Source of the DNA: an uncultured Acidobacteriota bacterium
Lineage (GTDB): Bacteria > Acidobacteriota > Thermoanaerobaculia > Multivoradales > JAHEKO01
Length of the DNA stretch: 64,000 nucleotides
Assembly (NCBI GenBank): GCA_963713825.1
Contig: CAVQNG010000003.1
Location: 1,056,001 to 1,120,000, forward strand
Direction of reading: 5' to 3'
Shown: piece by piece, positions 46,262 through 56,430 of the stretch
Numbering within the stretch: position 1 is the first letter of the stretch
How the letters are laid out: each line of letters begins with the position of its first letter
Translations under genes and position numbers: made by a program
Notes under the pieces: generated by a model
The model's input: the letters and a program-made list of their open reading frames with translations, nothing else
Database searches by the model: none
Told to the model about the DNA's origin: nothing

Positions 46262-47413
46262 ATGAAGATCGTCTGCGCAGAAACCGTCTTGCTGGGTCAC
46301 GAGGCCTTTCGCTCCAGCGGGGAAACGCTGGTGATCCCCGACCGCGAGATCGCCCGCGAGCACCTGCTCGATGTCGACGCCCTCGTCGTGCGCTCCAAGA
46401 CCAAGGTGACCGGAGATCTCCTATCCGGCACCCCGGTCCAGTTTGTCGGTACCGCCACCGCCGGGACCGACCACATGGATCTAGCCTGGCTCGAGGCCGA
46501 GGGCCGCTACTGGTGCGCCGCTCCCGGTTGCAACGCCAACAGTGTCTCCGAGTACGTCGTGGCCGCTCTTCTCGCTCTCGGTGGTAGACATGCCTTCGAA
46601 CTGGCCGCAAAGACGATTGGTGTCGTAGGTTGCGGCCACGTCGGAAGCCGGGTTGTCAACAAGGCAGAGGCCCTTGGAATGACAGTGCTGCGCAACGACC
46701 CGCCGCTGGCCACCGTGTCCGCGGCCCCCGACTTCCTGCCACTCGAGAGCCTACTTGCCGAATCCGACATCATCTCGCTCCATGTCCCCCACGTGAACCA
46801 CGGACCTTGGCCCACTGTTCACCTGGCTGGCAGTCTCTTCTTCGAGCAGCTGAAGCCGGGTGCCGTCTTCATCAACACCGCCCGCGGCAGCGTCTGCGAC
46901 TACGACGCCCTGCTCGACGCCAAGCATGGCGGTACCGTTTCGCACATGATCGTCGATGTGTGGAGCCCCGAACCGGCCTTCCGAATCGATGTTCTCGAGG
47001 TGGCCGACCTGGCCTCGCCCCACATCGCCGGGTACTCCTTAGAGGGCAAGCTCAATGGAACTCTCGCCTGCCATCAAGAGTTGTGCGACTTCTTCGGCCT
47101 GTCTCGAAGTTGGGACGTAGCTACAACCCTGCCTGTGCCGCCTTGCCGAAGCATCGTGCTGGATGCGCAGGGGATGGGGGATGAGACCGCCCTGCACGAG
47201 ATTGTCCGTAAGGTCTACGACATCGAAACCGACGATGCCCTCATCCGAAGAGCTGCCGCCCGCAGCGAGATCGACCGCTGCCGCAAGTTCGATGCATTGC
47301 GCAAGGACTACCGTACCCGACGGGAGTTCTCCAACAGCGCACTGCAGCTGAAGAACGCCAGGGAGCCGCTGGGCCGCAAGGCCAGGGCTCTCGGATTTGA
47401 CTGGCAGGGATAG
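46262..47413 (+). CDS. pdxB: 4-phosphoerythronate dehydrogenase
   Basis: LVVRSKT, FVGTATAGTDH, APGCNANSV.EYV, G.GHVG, INTARG, DVW..EP, PHIAGYSLEGK, LRKDYR.RREF. Confidence 0.92.
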   Translation: MKIVCAETVLLGHEAFRSSGETLVIPDREIAREHLLDVDALVVRSKTKVTGDLLSGTPVQFVGTATAGTDHMDLAWLEAEGRYWCAAPGCNANSVSEYVVAALLALGGRHAFELAAKTIGVVGCGHVGSRVVNKAEALGMTVLRNDPPLATVSAAPDFLPLESLLAESDIISLHVPHVNHGPWPTVHLAGSLFFEQLKPGAVFINTARGSVCDYDALLDAKHGGTVSHMIVDVWSPEPAFRIDVLEVADLASPHIAGYSLEGKLNGTLACHQELCDFFGLSRSWDVATTLPVPPCRSIVLDAQGMGDETALHEIVRKVYDIETDDALIRRAAARSEIDRCRKFDALRKDYRTRREFSNSALQLKNAREPLGRKARALGFDWQG

Positions 47414-47552
47414 AACTGGGGCCCGTGGTGGCTCAACGGATCATCGCAGGTCCAGCTGGCTGGGCGCTCGACTCGCTTCCCGCCTTCCTTCCTGCTTCAG
47501 GGGCCCTGTCGACCGGGTGACCCGCTCGGTAGAGGGTCTCAGGTCTCGCTGT

Positions 47553-49757
47553 CTACTGCTGGGTCGAGCTCCAGGCAGTCGTATCACCGCTCTCGAAACC
47601 ATCGTAGAAGAAGGCCGTGTCGATCGCGATCAGGACTTGCGAGGAGTATGGCTCGAGCTCCAGGCTGCCAGCGACCGTATTCTGGTCGAGGTCGACATAG
47701 ACCGTCCCACCGAGGCCGAAGAGCTTCGGCTGGTCGGAGTCGTTGATGAAGATCTCCGAGCGCGGCGGCTCGTTCGCGGTCTGGGAGTACCAGTGGGCTT
47801 GTGAGCTCGGGTCGAGGCCGCTCAGGGCCTGCCATTCAGCGAGCGTCTTGTCACAACAGCCGGCAGAGTCGTCGGCGATGGAGGTGTCGTAGTAGGGACT
47901 CATGAAGTAGTTGTCGTTGGAGGAGGTCAGCGAATCATGGTCGTAGACCCGAAGTGATCGTCGATTCTCGCCCAGAGGAAAGAGAACATTGCCGCTCTGG
48001 GTCACCTCGCTCGGGCTCTCGACGACGGAAAGCTCGGAGCCCCAGTCCGAGGCAACGTTGTCGTACAGAGTGTTGTCGGTGAACCGCCCCGTGGAACGTT
48101 GGAACAGCGCCCCGACCCAGGTCGAGCCGGTGACTGTGTTGCCCTCGACCACCATGTCGCGTGAGAAGTTGTCGAGGTAGATCCCCAGGCTGAAGAGCCT
48201 TTCGAAGTTCGGATGGGTGCCATCGGTGTTGCCCAGCGCGTCGCGAATGATGTTGCCGCGGAGGATGACGTCGTGAACCGGGGTCGAAGCCAGGCTGCTA
48301 CGGCCAAAGGTGCGAATGCCACCGCAGTCGCCTTTGGAGAGGCAGGCCTGATCGATGACGTTGTTCTCCAGCGTCATGTTCCGTCCAAAGACATCGATGC
48401 CGTTCATGCCGATCTTGGAAAGTCGGTTGAATCGCAGGATGTTGTTCCGAGAGGTGTGGTTCGGCGCTCCGGGATCGTGCTTGAGACGGATGCCGTCGCC
48501 ATTCTCGGTGCAATTGGTCCCGGAGTAGCCACAGCCCATCCCGGAACGGCCAAGGTTCTCGATCAGGGCCACGTTCCGAATCTCGTTCGCCAGGAGCTGT
48601 GAGTCGACGCCGAAGAAATCGAGTCCGAAGTGATTCGCTCCTTGAATCGTGTTGCCCTCGATCAGGAGATGTCGGCCACCCCGCCAGCCGTTGGGGCCGT
48701 TGCCGTGGTCGGCGGCATCCCATACCCATGTGGTCAGGCGGATGCCAGTGGTATCGACGTCACCTATGTCGTTGTTGCGCAGGGTGAGATGGTGGTTCTC
48801 GTCGGCCTCGAGGTTGGTGGGTGTCGTGATGCCGGCGTCGAACCAGCGCTCGATGCGCAGATTCTCGACGGTCACGTAGCTGATGTGCTCCTGGAGATGG
48901 CGACCGAGGACCACGCCGCCCCACAGGCTGCTATCGGCTTCGAGGATGACCGAGCCCTCTATACCGGTGCCACCGGGATGACCCAGCTCCGAGTATAGAT
49001 AGACCTTGTTGGAGTCCTCGTCATGGAACCATTCACCCTCTTGATCGAGGGTGTCGCGGTGATTGGAGAGGAAGTAGCCCCACTCAGCGCAGGTGCCGTA
49101 CCAACACTGGACATCGGCTCCCAGTGTCAATGTCGGCCCACTACTGCTGGTGACTTCCCGGTTGAGCATGTACCAGCGGATGCCCTTGATGTGCATCACG
49201 GCTCCGGCCCAGTCGCCGGTTGTCAACTCGGTGTCGGTGATCCGATTTGCCGCCGGTTGGCTGTCCACCTCGGCGTAACCGCCGTCGGGATGACCGTCGA
49301 TATTGGGCCAGCGCCCGAAAGGCATTCGTTCGTCGCCGCGAAACAGCTGATTGATGCCTTTGGGAAAGAGCCCGGAGTTGGAGCCGGACCCCAGGTTGGC
49401 TACGTACAGATTCGAGCCTAGAGCCGTCCAGCCGGAGATCGGTTGAGAACCGGACAGCACCGGCTTCGAAGAGCATGCGGCTGGGTGAGAGCCGAAGAGG
49501 ATCCGGTCGGAGTCGGAGCCAGATCGGGTAATGACGAGAGGTTGCCCCCGCCAACGCTCGCCGCAGAAGAAACGCACTTCATCGCCAGGTTGTAGGGGCA
49601 GGCTGTTGACATGGGGCACGGACTGGAACGCTGTCGCGGGGGACAACCCGTCGTTGCTGTCGCTGCCCGTGTCGTTCGACACGTAGAAAACGGCAGCGGA
49701 CCCCGGGATCACCCAGAGGAGTGCCAAGGCACTGATGAGCTGCAGCCGTATGCTCAC
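47553..49757 (-). CDS. Secreted right-handed parallel beta-helix protein with C-terminal DGFESG motif
   Basis: Signal peptide; FYVS...GSDSNDGLSP, LDQEGEW, repeated N-rich beta-helix turns, DCGGI, GIYLD; ends FFYDGFESGDTTAWSSTQQ. Confidence 0.85.
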   Translation of the reverse strand: MSIRLQLISALALLWVIPGSAAVFYVSNDTGSDSNDGLSPATAFQSVPHVNSLPLQPGDEVRFFCGERWRGQPLVITRSGSDSDRILFGSHPAACSSKPVLSGSQPISGWTALGSNLYVANLGSGSNSGLFPKGINQLFRGDERMPFGRWPNIDGHPDGGYAEVDSQPAANRITDTELTTGDWAGAVMHIKGIRWYMLNREVTSSSGPTLTLGADVQCWYGTCAEWGYFLSNHRDTLDQEGEWFHDEDSNKVYLYSELGHPGGTGIEGSVILEADSSLWGGVVLGRHLQEHISYVTVENLRIERWFDAGITTPTNLEADENHHLTLRNNDIGDVDTTGIRLTTWVWDAADHGNGPNGWRGGRHLLIEGNTIQGANHFGLDFFGVDSQLLANEIRNVALIENLGRSGMGCGYSGTNCTENGDGIRLKHDPGAPNHTSRNNILRFNRLSKIGMNGIDVFGRNMTLENNVIDQACLSKGDCGGIRTFGRSSLASTPVHDVILRGNIIRDALGNTDGTHPNFERLFSLGIYLDNFSRDMVVEGNTVTGSTWVGALFQRSTGRFTDNTLYDNVASDWGSELSVVESPSEVTQSGNVLFPLGENRRSLRVYDHDSLTSSNDNYFMSPYYDTSIADDSAGCCDKTLAEWQALSGLDPSSQAHWYSQTANEPPRSEIFINDSDQPKLFGLGGTVYVDLDQNTVAGSLELEPYSSQVLIAIDTAFFYDGFESGDTTAWSSTQQ

Positions 49758-49826
49758 CCCTCATGTTGCCCAGAAACACCGCGGCGTTACAGCGAGATCC
49801 TCCATACCTCGAGATGCCCTATAGCC

Positions 49827-50996
49827 CTAGTCGACGTAGCCGGCGCGGGTTCGGATCTCGACTTCGGGCACGGTCACCTCGATCCGGACTGGCCTCCAGG
49901 TGCCATTGTCCTGCGGGTCCGTCGGGTAGTAGCCGACGACATACTGTTGCCGGAGCTCTCGCAACACATCGTCGAGTGCCTGTTCGAGCTCCTCGAGGCG
50001 TGCCAGGGCCGTCACCCGTCCGCCGCTGTCCTCGACGGCCTGCTCGAGGCCTCCGACCTCATCGGCATGGGCGTCTGTCGAGCGCCAGGACGTGGCCAGC
50101 GGCACGCTGCGGATACCGCTCGCATGCAGGTGGATCCGATAGATCACCGCGTTGCTGCGGTGCGCTTTCCAAAGCACTTCGTCCATTGTCAGAAAGCTCA
50201 GGGTGTCGGCACCATCCGAGAGCACGATTATGACGGGCCGTCCTTGACGGTGATCCAAAAGGCGCAAAGCCAGATACAGGTTGTCGTTCAGGGAGGTTCC
50301 ACCTCCCGACTGCAGATCCTCCAGAGCCGAGGAAAGTCCGTCGATCTCTGAAGAGGAAGTGGTAACGCGATGCGTCCGGTCCGAGAAGGTCATGACGAGG
50401 GCCTCGTCCAGGGGCGTCAGGCGGGAGAGGAACCCCCTGGCGGCGTCCAGAGCGACCTGCAGTTGCTCACCTCTCATGCTCTCGCTGACATCCACCAGCA
50501 GAGCGATCGTCATTGGCAGGTCGCCGCGCTCGAAGGTGACGATCTCCTGCTCGACGCCACTGTCGAAGACCTGGAAGTCCTCTCGGCCGAGATCTAGAAC
50601 CGGCTCATTTTCTCGGAGCGCCGTGGAGTAGAGCTGCTGCAGAGGGGCATCCACGATGAGATCGATCTGGACTGCGGGTGTCGAGACGGCCGCTCCGACC
50701 CTGGCGCCTGAGCTGCCGATGGCGATGATGGTGAAATGGCGCTGCAAGTTCTCCTCTCCCACGTCGATCCACACCCTGTACGGCGGTTGCGTTGCAGTGG
50801 CGACCCGTCTGCCGTCGAGGAAGAACTCCACCCTCTCGATCGACTCATCGGCCTGAACATCGGCTGCCACTTCGACCCTGTCGAAGACGGCGTGATCTCC
50901 CGTCGGGGATGTGATGGTCACCTCGATCGACCGCGCGAGAGCGGTTCCCGAAGCCAAGGCCAAAAAGGACGCGACCCAACAGGCAGCCCTCATCAT
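49827..50996 (-). CDS. Ig-like + VWA domain protein (acidobacterial type)
   Basis: VTITSP..VEFFLDG..PPY; LGREDFQVFDSG..Q.I; LLVDVSESM (MIDAS); LSDGAD; LRQQYVVGYYP; RTRAGY. Confidence 0.88.
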   Translation of the reverse strand: MMRAACWVASFLALASGTALARSIEVTITSPTGDHAVFDRVEVAADVQADESIERVEFFLDGRRVATATQPPYRVWIDVGEENLQRHFTIIAIGSSGARVGAAVSTPAVQIDLIVDAPLQQLYSTALRENEPVLDLGREDFQVFDSGVEQEIVTFERGDLPMTIALLVDVSESMRGEQLQVALDAARGFLSRLTPLDEALVMTFSDRTHRVTTSSSEIDGLSSALEDLQSGGGTSLNDNLYLALRLLDHRQGRPVIIVLSDGADTLSFLTMDEVLWKAHRSNAVIYRIHLHASGIRSVPLATSWRSTDAHADEVGGLEQAVEDSGGRVTALARLEELEQALDDVLRELRQQYVVGYYPTDPQDNGTWRPVRIEVTVPEVEIRTRAGYVD

Positions 50997-52096
50997 TTGG
51001 AGTCCGCCAGGGTTGCCAGCGCGTCAGCAAGATCGGGCAGGTGAGAGCGCGCCACTTCCCGCAACCGTTCCCGAGTCACCTCGATGTATTCGTATGTAGG
51101 CCTGGCATAGCGATACCGCGCAGAGGAGCCAGAGAGCGCCGAGTCTCGCGTTGCAAAGCGGGTCGCGAGAGGCTCCCCCGGCTCCAGGCCAAGACGCTCC
51201 TCGATGTAGGACAGGCCGACAGTCAGACTGAAGTCGTCCGGGAATTGTGCCAAGCCTCTAGCCAGGTAGGTCTGAGCGGCCTCGAACCGCTCCTGGTCCA
51301 TGCGAATGCGAGCCAGCTGCTGAAATGCCAGTGTCAAGATCCAATCCTCCGCCGATTCGGCGAGGAGGCTCTCGAGAATCCTCTCTGCTTCACCCTGTTT
51401 GCCGAGGCGCTCCAGATTGATGGCTAGCCTGAGTCGGGTCTCGGCATCGGCAGTGTCGGTCTCGACGAGTCGCTCCAGCAAGCTCAGTGCATTCCTGTAG
51501 CGTCCCGTCTGTTCTCGGGCCGTCGCCAGTCCCAGCAACGCGGCTGCGTTGTCGGGATCGAATTGCAGCGCTCGAGTATAGAGACCCACGGCCCCTGGCC
51601 CAGCTGATCCCTCCTGAAAGTAACCCGCCAGGCTGACGAACAGATCGCTGGCGACCGTACGCTCTTGCGGGGTCAGCAAGCGCTCTGAGAAGAGCAGCGT
51701 CTGGAGATAGACCGCGGCGCGGGCATGGTATGGGTTGGCCCCGAGGGGCTGCCGCCGATACTCGAGATGGGTCCGCTCGTGAAGGGCAATCAGGGGAAGC
51801 AGAAGATTGGCGTCGAGTCGAGCCAGCTCGTTCGCCACGCCGAGCTCGACCTCTCGAAGCTGGTTCAAGCCGGTGGCTCCGCTCTGCTCAGCGACCGCCA
51901 TTTCAAGCTCGATCAGGGCGTCTGAGGCCGTCTCGATCCCCTGCGAGGCGAGGAGGCTAAGGGCTTCGAGATAGCGGTCGCGATTGTCGGTGGGCTCCTC
52001 CGCAGACAAACCCCAGCCAGGCAGGCTCCAGCCGGCACACAGAGCCAGGAGTAACAACGTCGGCTTGATCGTCGTCTTCATCCAACGGTTCATCAC
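50993..52096 (-). CDS. Exported TPR-repeat protein
   Basis: Signal peptide; ALQFDPDNAAALLGLA and further TPR units; translationally coupled to the VWA gene. Confidence 0.8.
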   Translation of the reverse strand: MMNRWMKTTIKPTLLLLALCAGWSLPGWGLSAEEPTDNRDRYLEALSLLASQGIETASDALIELEMAVAEQSGATGLNQLREVELGVANELARLDANLLLPLIALHERTHLEYRRQPLGANPYHARAAVYLQTLLFSERLLTPQERTVASDLFVSLAGYFQEGSAGPGAVGLYTRALQFDPDNAAALLGLATAREQTGRYRNALSLLERLVETDTADAETRLRLAINLERLGKQGEAERILESLLAESAEDWILTLAFQQLARIRMDQERFEAAQTYLARGLAQFPDDFSLTVGLSYIEERLGLEPGEPLATRFATRDSALSGSSARYRYARPTYEYIEVTRERLREVARSHLPDLADALATLADSK

Positions 52097-52245
52097 AGTC
52101 GATGCCTCGCCAGTCTTTACAATAGACCCAGAGTATTACGGTCTGGGCCCAGAGGCGAGCCGCCCTCCCGACGGCGATCGACATCGGCGTGTCGCCAACT
52201 CAGTCTTGCCCTGGAGCCTGACGCCGCAGTCTGCGAGGAGTAGCC

Positions 52246-55200
52246 ATGAGCGAAGCCGAAGCAACTCGAGCCAAGCGGTATCCGTTGCATCTAACCATCG
52301 CTGTCGCCTTCACCGCACTGCTGTTGGTGATCGGCCTGACACTCATCTCCTTCAACTACCTCGAGACCCGCAAGATCGCCCTGCTCGGAGCCGATGACCT
52401 CCTCGAGCGCACCAGTCTGCATCTCCAGAGCAGTATCGCGGAGCTCTATGTTCCGGCCCAGAATCTGGTCGATGTGCTCTCCAGAGCGTTGACAGCAGAG
52501 GACACCGAGCTCGAGGAAAGGTTCGAGCTGATGCCCCTTCTCGCTGAACCTCTGATGCGCAATCCGACGATCTCTGCTGTCTTCGTCGGCTACGAGAACG
52601 GTGACTTCTTCTTGGTCACCTCCGCCTTGGATCGTTGGCGCGATGCAGATGACGGCGAGGTCCCGCCAGACGCTGTCTTCGTCGCCCAGAGCATCGACGA
52701 TGCCAGGGGTGGTGCGGCCAACTACGAGCTGTACTTCTTCGACGAGGGGCTCGAGCTCGTCGGCCGGGGAGAGATGGACAGGGAAGGCTACGACCCTCGC
52801 GAACGAGAGTGGTACAAGGCAGCACTCGAAACGGATCAGTTGACTCGGTCAGCGTTCTATCTCTTCTTCACGACTCGCGAGGTGGGCATCAGCATGGCTC
52901 GAAGCCTGCCCGAAGGTGGTGCCGTTGTGGGAACCGATCTGGCGCTCGGCGACCTGGAGGACGGCCTGGCCCAATTGAGAGTGACCCCATCGAGTCGTCT
53001 GGCGATCCTGGGTAGCCGCGGTGGGGTGATTGCCCTGTCCGACCCACAAGAAGGGATGCTGCATGTCGATCAGGGCGAGGCCGAGTTGGTTGCGATGCCC
53101 CGCCTTGCCGACTTGGAGGACCCGGTCTACAAGCGTCTGGGTGAGGAGGTCGAAGCAGGTGTTGGGGCCGGTCGCCATGAGTTCGAGATCGGCGGGGAAG
53201 CCTGGCTGGCTTCGCTGTCCCCGCTACCGACTCGCTCCGGCGATGGGGTCTCGCTGGCCGTCCTCATACCCAGAGACGAGTTGCTCGCGGATGTCATCCG
53301 AGTCCGGAACCAAAGCACTCTGATGTCGATCGGCCTTCTGTTGGCTGCCGTGGCGCTGGTCATCGGGGTCTCCCGCCACATCGCTCGCTCCCTCAAGGCA
53401 CTGGCGCGAGAGGCGGAGGACGTGCGGGAGTTCAAGTTGGAGACCCCCATCACGGTCCGGTCGCGAATTCAGGAGGTTGACGACCTGGCGGCAACCATGG
53501 CGGTCATGAAGTCGTCGATTCAGCAGTTCCTCGCCATCTCTCAGGCGCTCTCGGCCGAGAAGGACTATCGTCGTTTGCTCGAGATGATCCTTTCCGAGGC
53601 CAGAAACGTGGCACAAGCCGAAGGCGGTGCCATCCTGCTCGAGACCGAGGACGAGAAGGCTTTGGAGATCGCGATTCTGGAAAACGAGATCACCGGAGCG
53701 GACTTTGGCGGTACCGCGGCCGAGGCGCCTCCTTTCGCACCGCTATCCCTAGAACCGGAGACGGACGAAAGCGGTCTGCCTAGCGTCGATCGCGCAACGG
53801 TCCACGGAGCGTCGGTCATCCGGGTCGATGACATTTCGACGGACCGAAGTTACGACTTTCGAGACCTCGAGACGCGCTTCGCCGGGGAGGGTTTCAAGGC
53901 TCGCTCACTGCTCAGCGTGCCTCTCAAGAACCAACTCGACGAGGTGATCGGCATCCTGCAACTGGTCAACGCCAGAGCGCAGGATGGCACTGCCACCCTC
54001 TTCAGTCCCGAGATCGTGCCCTACATCGAGGCCCTGTCCTCCGATGCGGCAGTGGCCCTCGACATTCGACGGTTGCTGAAGGTGCAACGGGACCTGCTGG
54101 ATGCCCTGATCCACATGATTGCGGGCGCCATCGATGCCAAGTCGCCCTACACCCACGGCCACTGTCAACGGGTACCCGTTCTGGCCCGGATGCTGGCCGA
54201 AGTGGCTCACGACACCGAGGACGGCCTGTTTGCCGATTTCAACTTGTCCGAGGACGAGTGGTACGAGCTTCACCTGGCCAGCTGGCTACATGACTGCGGC
54301 AAGGTAACAACACCCGAGTACGTCGTCGACAAAGCCACCAAGCTCGAGACCATCTACAACCGAATCCACGAGGTTCGAATGCGGTTCGAGGTGCTGTGGC
54401 GCGATGCCGAGATGGAGTACCTCCGGGGCCTTCTGTCGGGCAAGGAGAGCGAGGCCATGCTGAAGGCGCACCTCGACCAACGCCTCGATGAGCTGCGCCG
54501 CGACTTCGAGTTCGTGGCCGAGTGCAATGTCGGTGGCGAGTTCATGTCAGAGGAGAGAATCGAGAGACTGCAATCCATCGCCGACCAGACCTGGGTGCGC
54601 CATCTGGACGACCGATTGGGACTGTCTCATCTCGAGCTCGAGCCCAGGCAGGGGGAGCCGGAAGAGCCTCTGCCGATCGAGGAGAAGCTACTGGCCGACA
54701 AACCCGACCACATCATTCACCGCAGTGAGTCGGCCAATCCGTTTGGCGAGGCCCCGCACGACTTCCAAATGACGATTCCGGAGCACCAGTACAACCGGGG
54801 CGAGCTGCACAACCTGTCCATCGGCCGCGGCACGCTAACCGATGAGGAGCGTTTCAAGATCAACGAGCACGTGGTTCAGACGATCCTGATGCTGCGGCGG
54901 CTGCCGTTGCCCAGGGAGCTGCGGCGGGTCCCAGATTGGGCGGGGACGCACCACGAGAAGCTGGACGGGAGCGGCTACCCCAGGCGACGCTCAGCTAGCG
55001 AGCTCTCCGTTCCGGAGCGCATCATGGCCATCGCCGATATCTTCGAAGCTCTAACGGCGGCTGACCGCCCCTACCACGCGCCCAAAACCCTGAGCAAGGC
55101 GATTGGCATCATGAGCTCGATGTCGGCAGAAGGGCACATCTGTCCCGATCTGTTCGGACTCTTCCTGCGGTCCGGAGTCCATGTGGAGTATGCGAAGCAG

Positions 55201-55269
55201 TACCTCCAGGCGCAGCAGATCGACGACGTGGACATCGAATCCATGATCCAAGCGGCCGCTGGCAACTAG
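52246..55269 (+). CDS. Membrane sensor HD-GYP phosphodiesterase (Cache-HAMP-GAF-HD-GYP)
   Basis: YDPREREWY (Cache), HAMP, GAF (SLLSVPLKN..IGILQLVN), IDAKSPYTHGHC, LHDCGK, HHEKLDGSGYP, IADIFEALTA.DRPY. Confidence 0.92.
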   Translation: MSEAEATRAKRYPLHLTIAVAFTALLLVIGLTLISFNYLETRKIALLGADDLLERTSLHLQSSIAELYVPAQNLVDVLSRALTAEDTELEERFELMPLLAEPLMRNPTISAVFVGYENGDFFLVTSALDRWRDADDGEVPPDAVFVAQSIDDARGGAANYELYFFDEGLELVGRGEMDREGYDPREREWYKAALETDQLTRSAFYLFFTTREVGISMARSLPEGGAVVGTDLALGDLEDGLAQLRVTPSSRLAILGSRGGVIALSDPQEGMLHVDQGEAELVAMPRLADLEDPVYKRLGEEVEAGVGAGRHEFEIGGEAWLASLSPLPTRSGDGVSLAVLIPRDELLADVIRVRNQSTLMSIGLLLAAVALVIGVSRHIARSLKALAREAEDVREFKLETPITVRSRIQEVDDLAATMAVMKSSIQQFLAISQALSAEKDYRRLLEMILSEARNVAQAEGGAILLETEDEKALEIAILENEITGADFGGTAAEAPPFAPLSLEPETDESGLPSVDRATVHGASVIRVDDISTDRSYDFRDLETRFAGEGFKARSLLSVPLKNQLDEVIGILQLVNARAQDGTATLFSPEIVPYIEALSSDAAVALDIRRLLKVQRDLLDALIHMIAGAIDAKSPYTHGHCQRVPVLARMLAEVAHDTEDGLFADFNLSEDEWYELHLASWLHDCGKVTTPEYVVDKATKLETIYNRIHEVRMRFEVLWRDAEMEYLRGLLSGKESEAMLKAHLDQRLDELRRDFEFVAECNVGGEFMSEERIERLQSIADQTWVRHLDDRLGLSHLELEPRQGEPEEPLPIEEKLLADKPDHIIHRSESANPFGEAPHDFQMTIPEHQYNRGELHNLSIGRGTLTDEERFKINEHVVQTILMLRRLPLPRELRRVPDWAGTHHEKLDGSGYPRRRSASELSVPERIMAIADIFEALTAADRPYHAPKTLSKAIGIMSSMSAEGHICPDLFGLFLRSGVHVEYAKQYLQAQQIDDVDIESMIQAAAGN

Positions 55270-55341
55270 CGCCTCTGATAGGATCTGGCCCCCACTGCGC
55301 TGATGAGAGGCGCACGTTCAGCCACCTTCGAGGCGCTCACG

Positions 55342-56430
55342 ATGGCCAAGATTCCTCGCGCAGTTCACTGGGTTTTGATTGCAGCAATCCTGGCAGTAGG
55401 AGTGCTGCTGCCAAAATGGCTGAAGTCCCGCTCCGACGAGGCCGCTCCGCCAGTCAGCGTCGAGGTCGCTTTCCGAGTGCCGGTGCACGTCGAGACACTC
55501 GCGCCGGCCAAGCTCGAGGAGCGTCTCAACACCACAGGTAGCGTGCTGGCCAACGAGTGGGTGGAAATCGTCAGTGAGATCGCCGGCAAGATCGACGCGA
55601 TTCTCTTCCAGGAAGGGACAGCCGTCAGTGCGGGGAAGGTGCTGGTCCGTCTCGACACCTCAACACTGGAGGCCGAGCGGGAAAGAGCGCGATTCCGCTA
55701 CGAGCTTCTGCAGCGCGAGGAAGCCCGCCAACGTCAGCTGCTCGACGACGGTCTGCTCAGCCAGCAGGAGTACGAATTCACCGTCGGTGAAATGAACGTG
55801 CTGAGCGCGGAGCTGCAACTGCGAGGGGCGCAGTTCGAGAAGGCCACGATTCGGGCCCCCTTCGAAGGCATCGTCGGCCTGCGCTCGGTCAGCCTGGGCG
55901 ACTACGTCTCCAGCGACACGCGAATCACGACGCTACAGGACATCGATCCGGTCAAAATCGAGTTTTCGATACCGGAGGCCTACGCTCGAGAGCTGACTGC
56001 TGGCAACACCATCCGATTCCGGGTGCAGGGAATCGACGAGCCCTTCGAGGGCGCGGTCTATGCCGTGGAGCCGTCGATCGATCGGCAAACGCGCAGTCTG
56101 ACGCTACGAGCCCGAGCCGACAACCCCGACAGACAGCTGCTTCCCGGTGCCTTTGCGGAAGTGGAACTGACGGTTCGCGAGGTCGAGGATGCACTGTCGG
56201 TCCCGAGTCTCGCCATCGTGCCCGAGCTCGGTGGTAAGAAGGTCTATGTGCTGGAAGAGGGTCGGGCCGAGCCGAGAATCATCGAGACCGGGATCCGCAC
56301 CGAGACCCGGGTGCAGATCACTCGAGGGCTCGAGCCCGGCGAGCAGGTCATCGTCTCCAACATTCCCAGGCTGGCCCGCGGAATCGAAGTCGAGGTCGTC
56401 GAGGAGCGCGTCGGGGAGCCGGGCGAGTGA
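55342..56430 (+). CDS. RND efflux membrane fusion protein
   Basis: SEIAGKI, IRAPFEGIVG, LLPGAFA, GLEPGEQVI. Confidence 0.92.
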   Translation: MAKIPRAVHWVLIAAILAVGVLLPKWLKSRSDEAAPPVSVEVAFRVPVHVETLAPAKLEERLNTTGSVLANEWVEIVSEIAGKIDAILFQEGTAVSAGKVLVRLDTSTLEAERERARFRYELLQREEARQRQLLDDGLLSQQEYEFTVGEMNVLSAELQLRGAQFEKATIRAPFEGIVGLRSVSLGDYVSSDTRITTLQDIDPVKIEFSIPEAYARELTAGNTIRFRVQGIDEPFEGAVYAVEPSIDRQTRSLTLRARADNPDRQLLPGAFAEVELTVREVEDALSVPSLAIVPELGGKKVYVLEEGRAEPRIIETGIRTETRVQITRGLEPGEQVIVSNIPRLARGIEVEVVEERVGEPGE

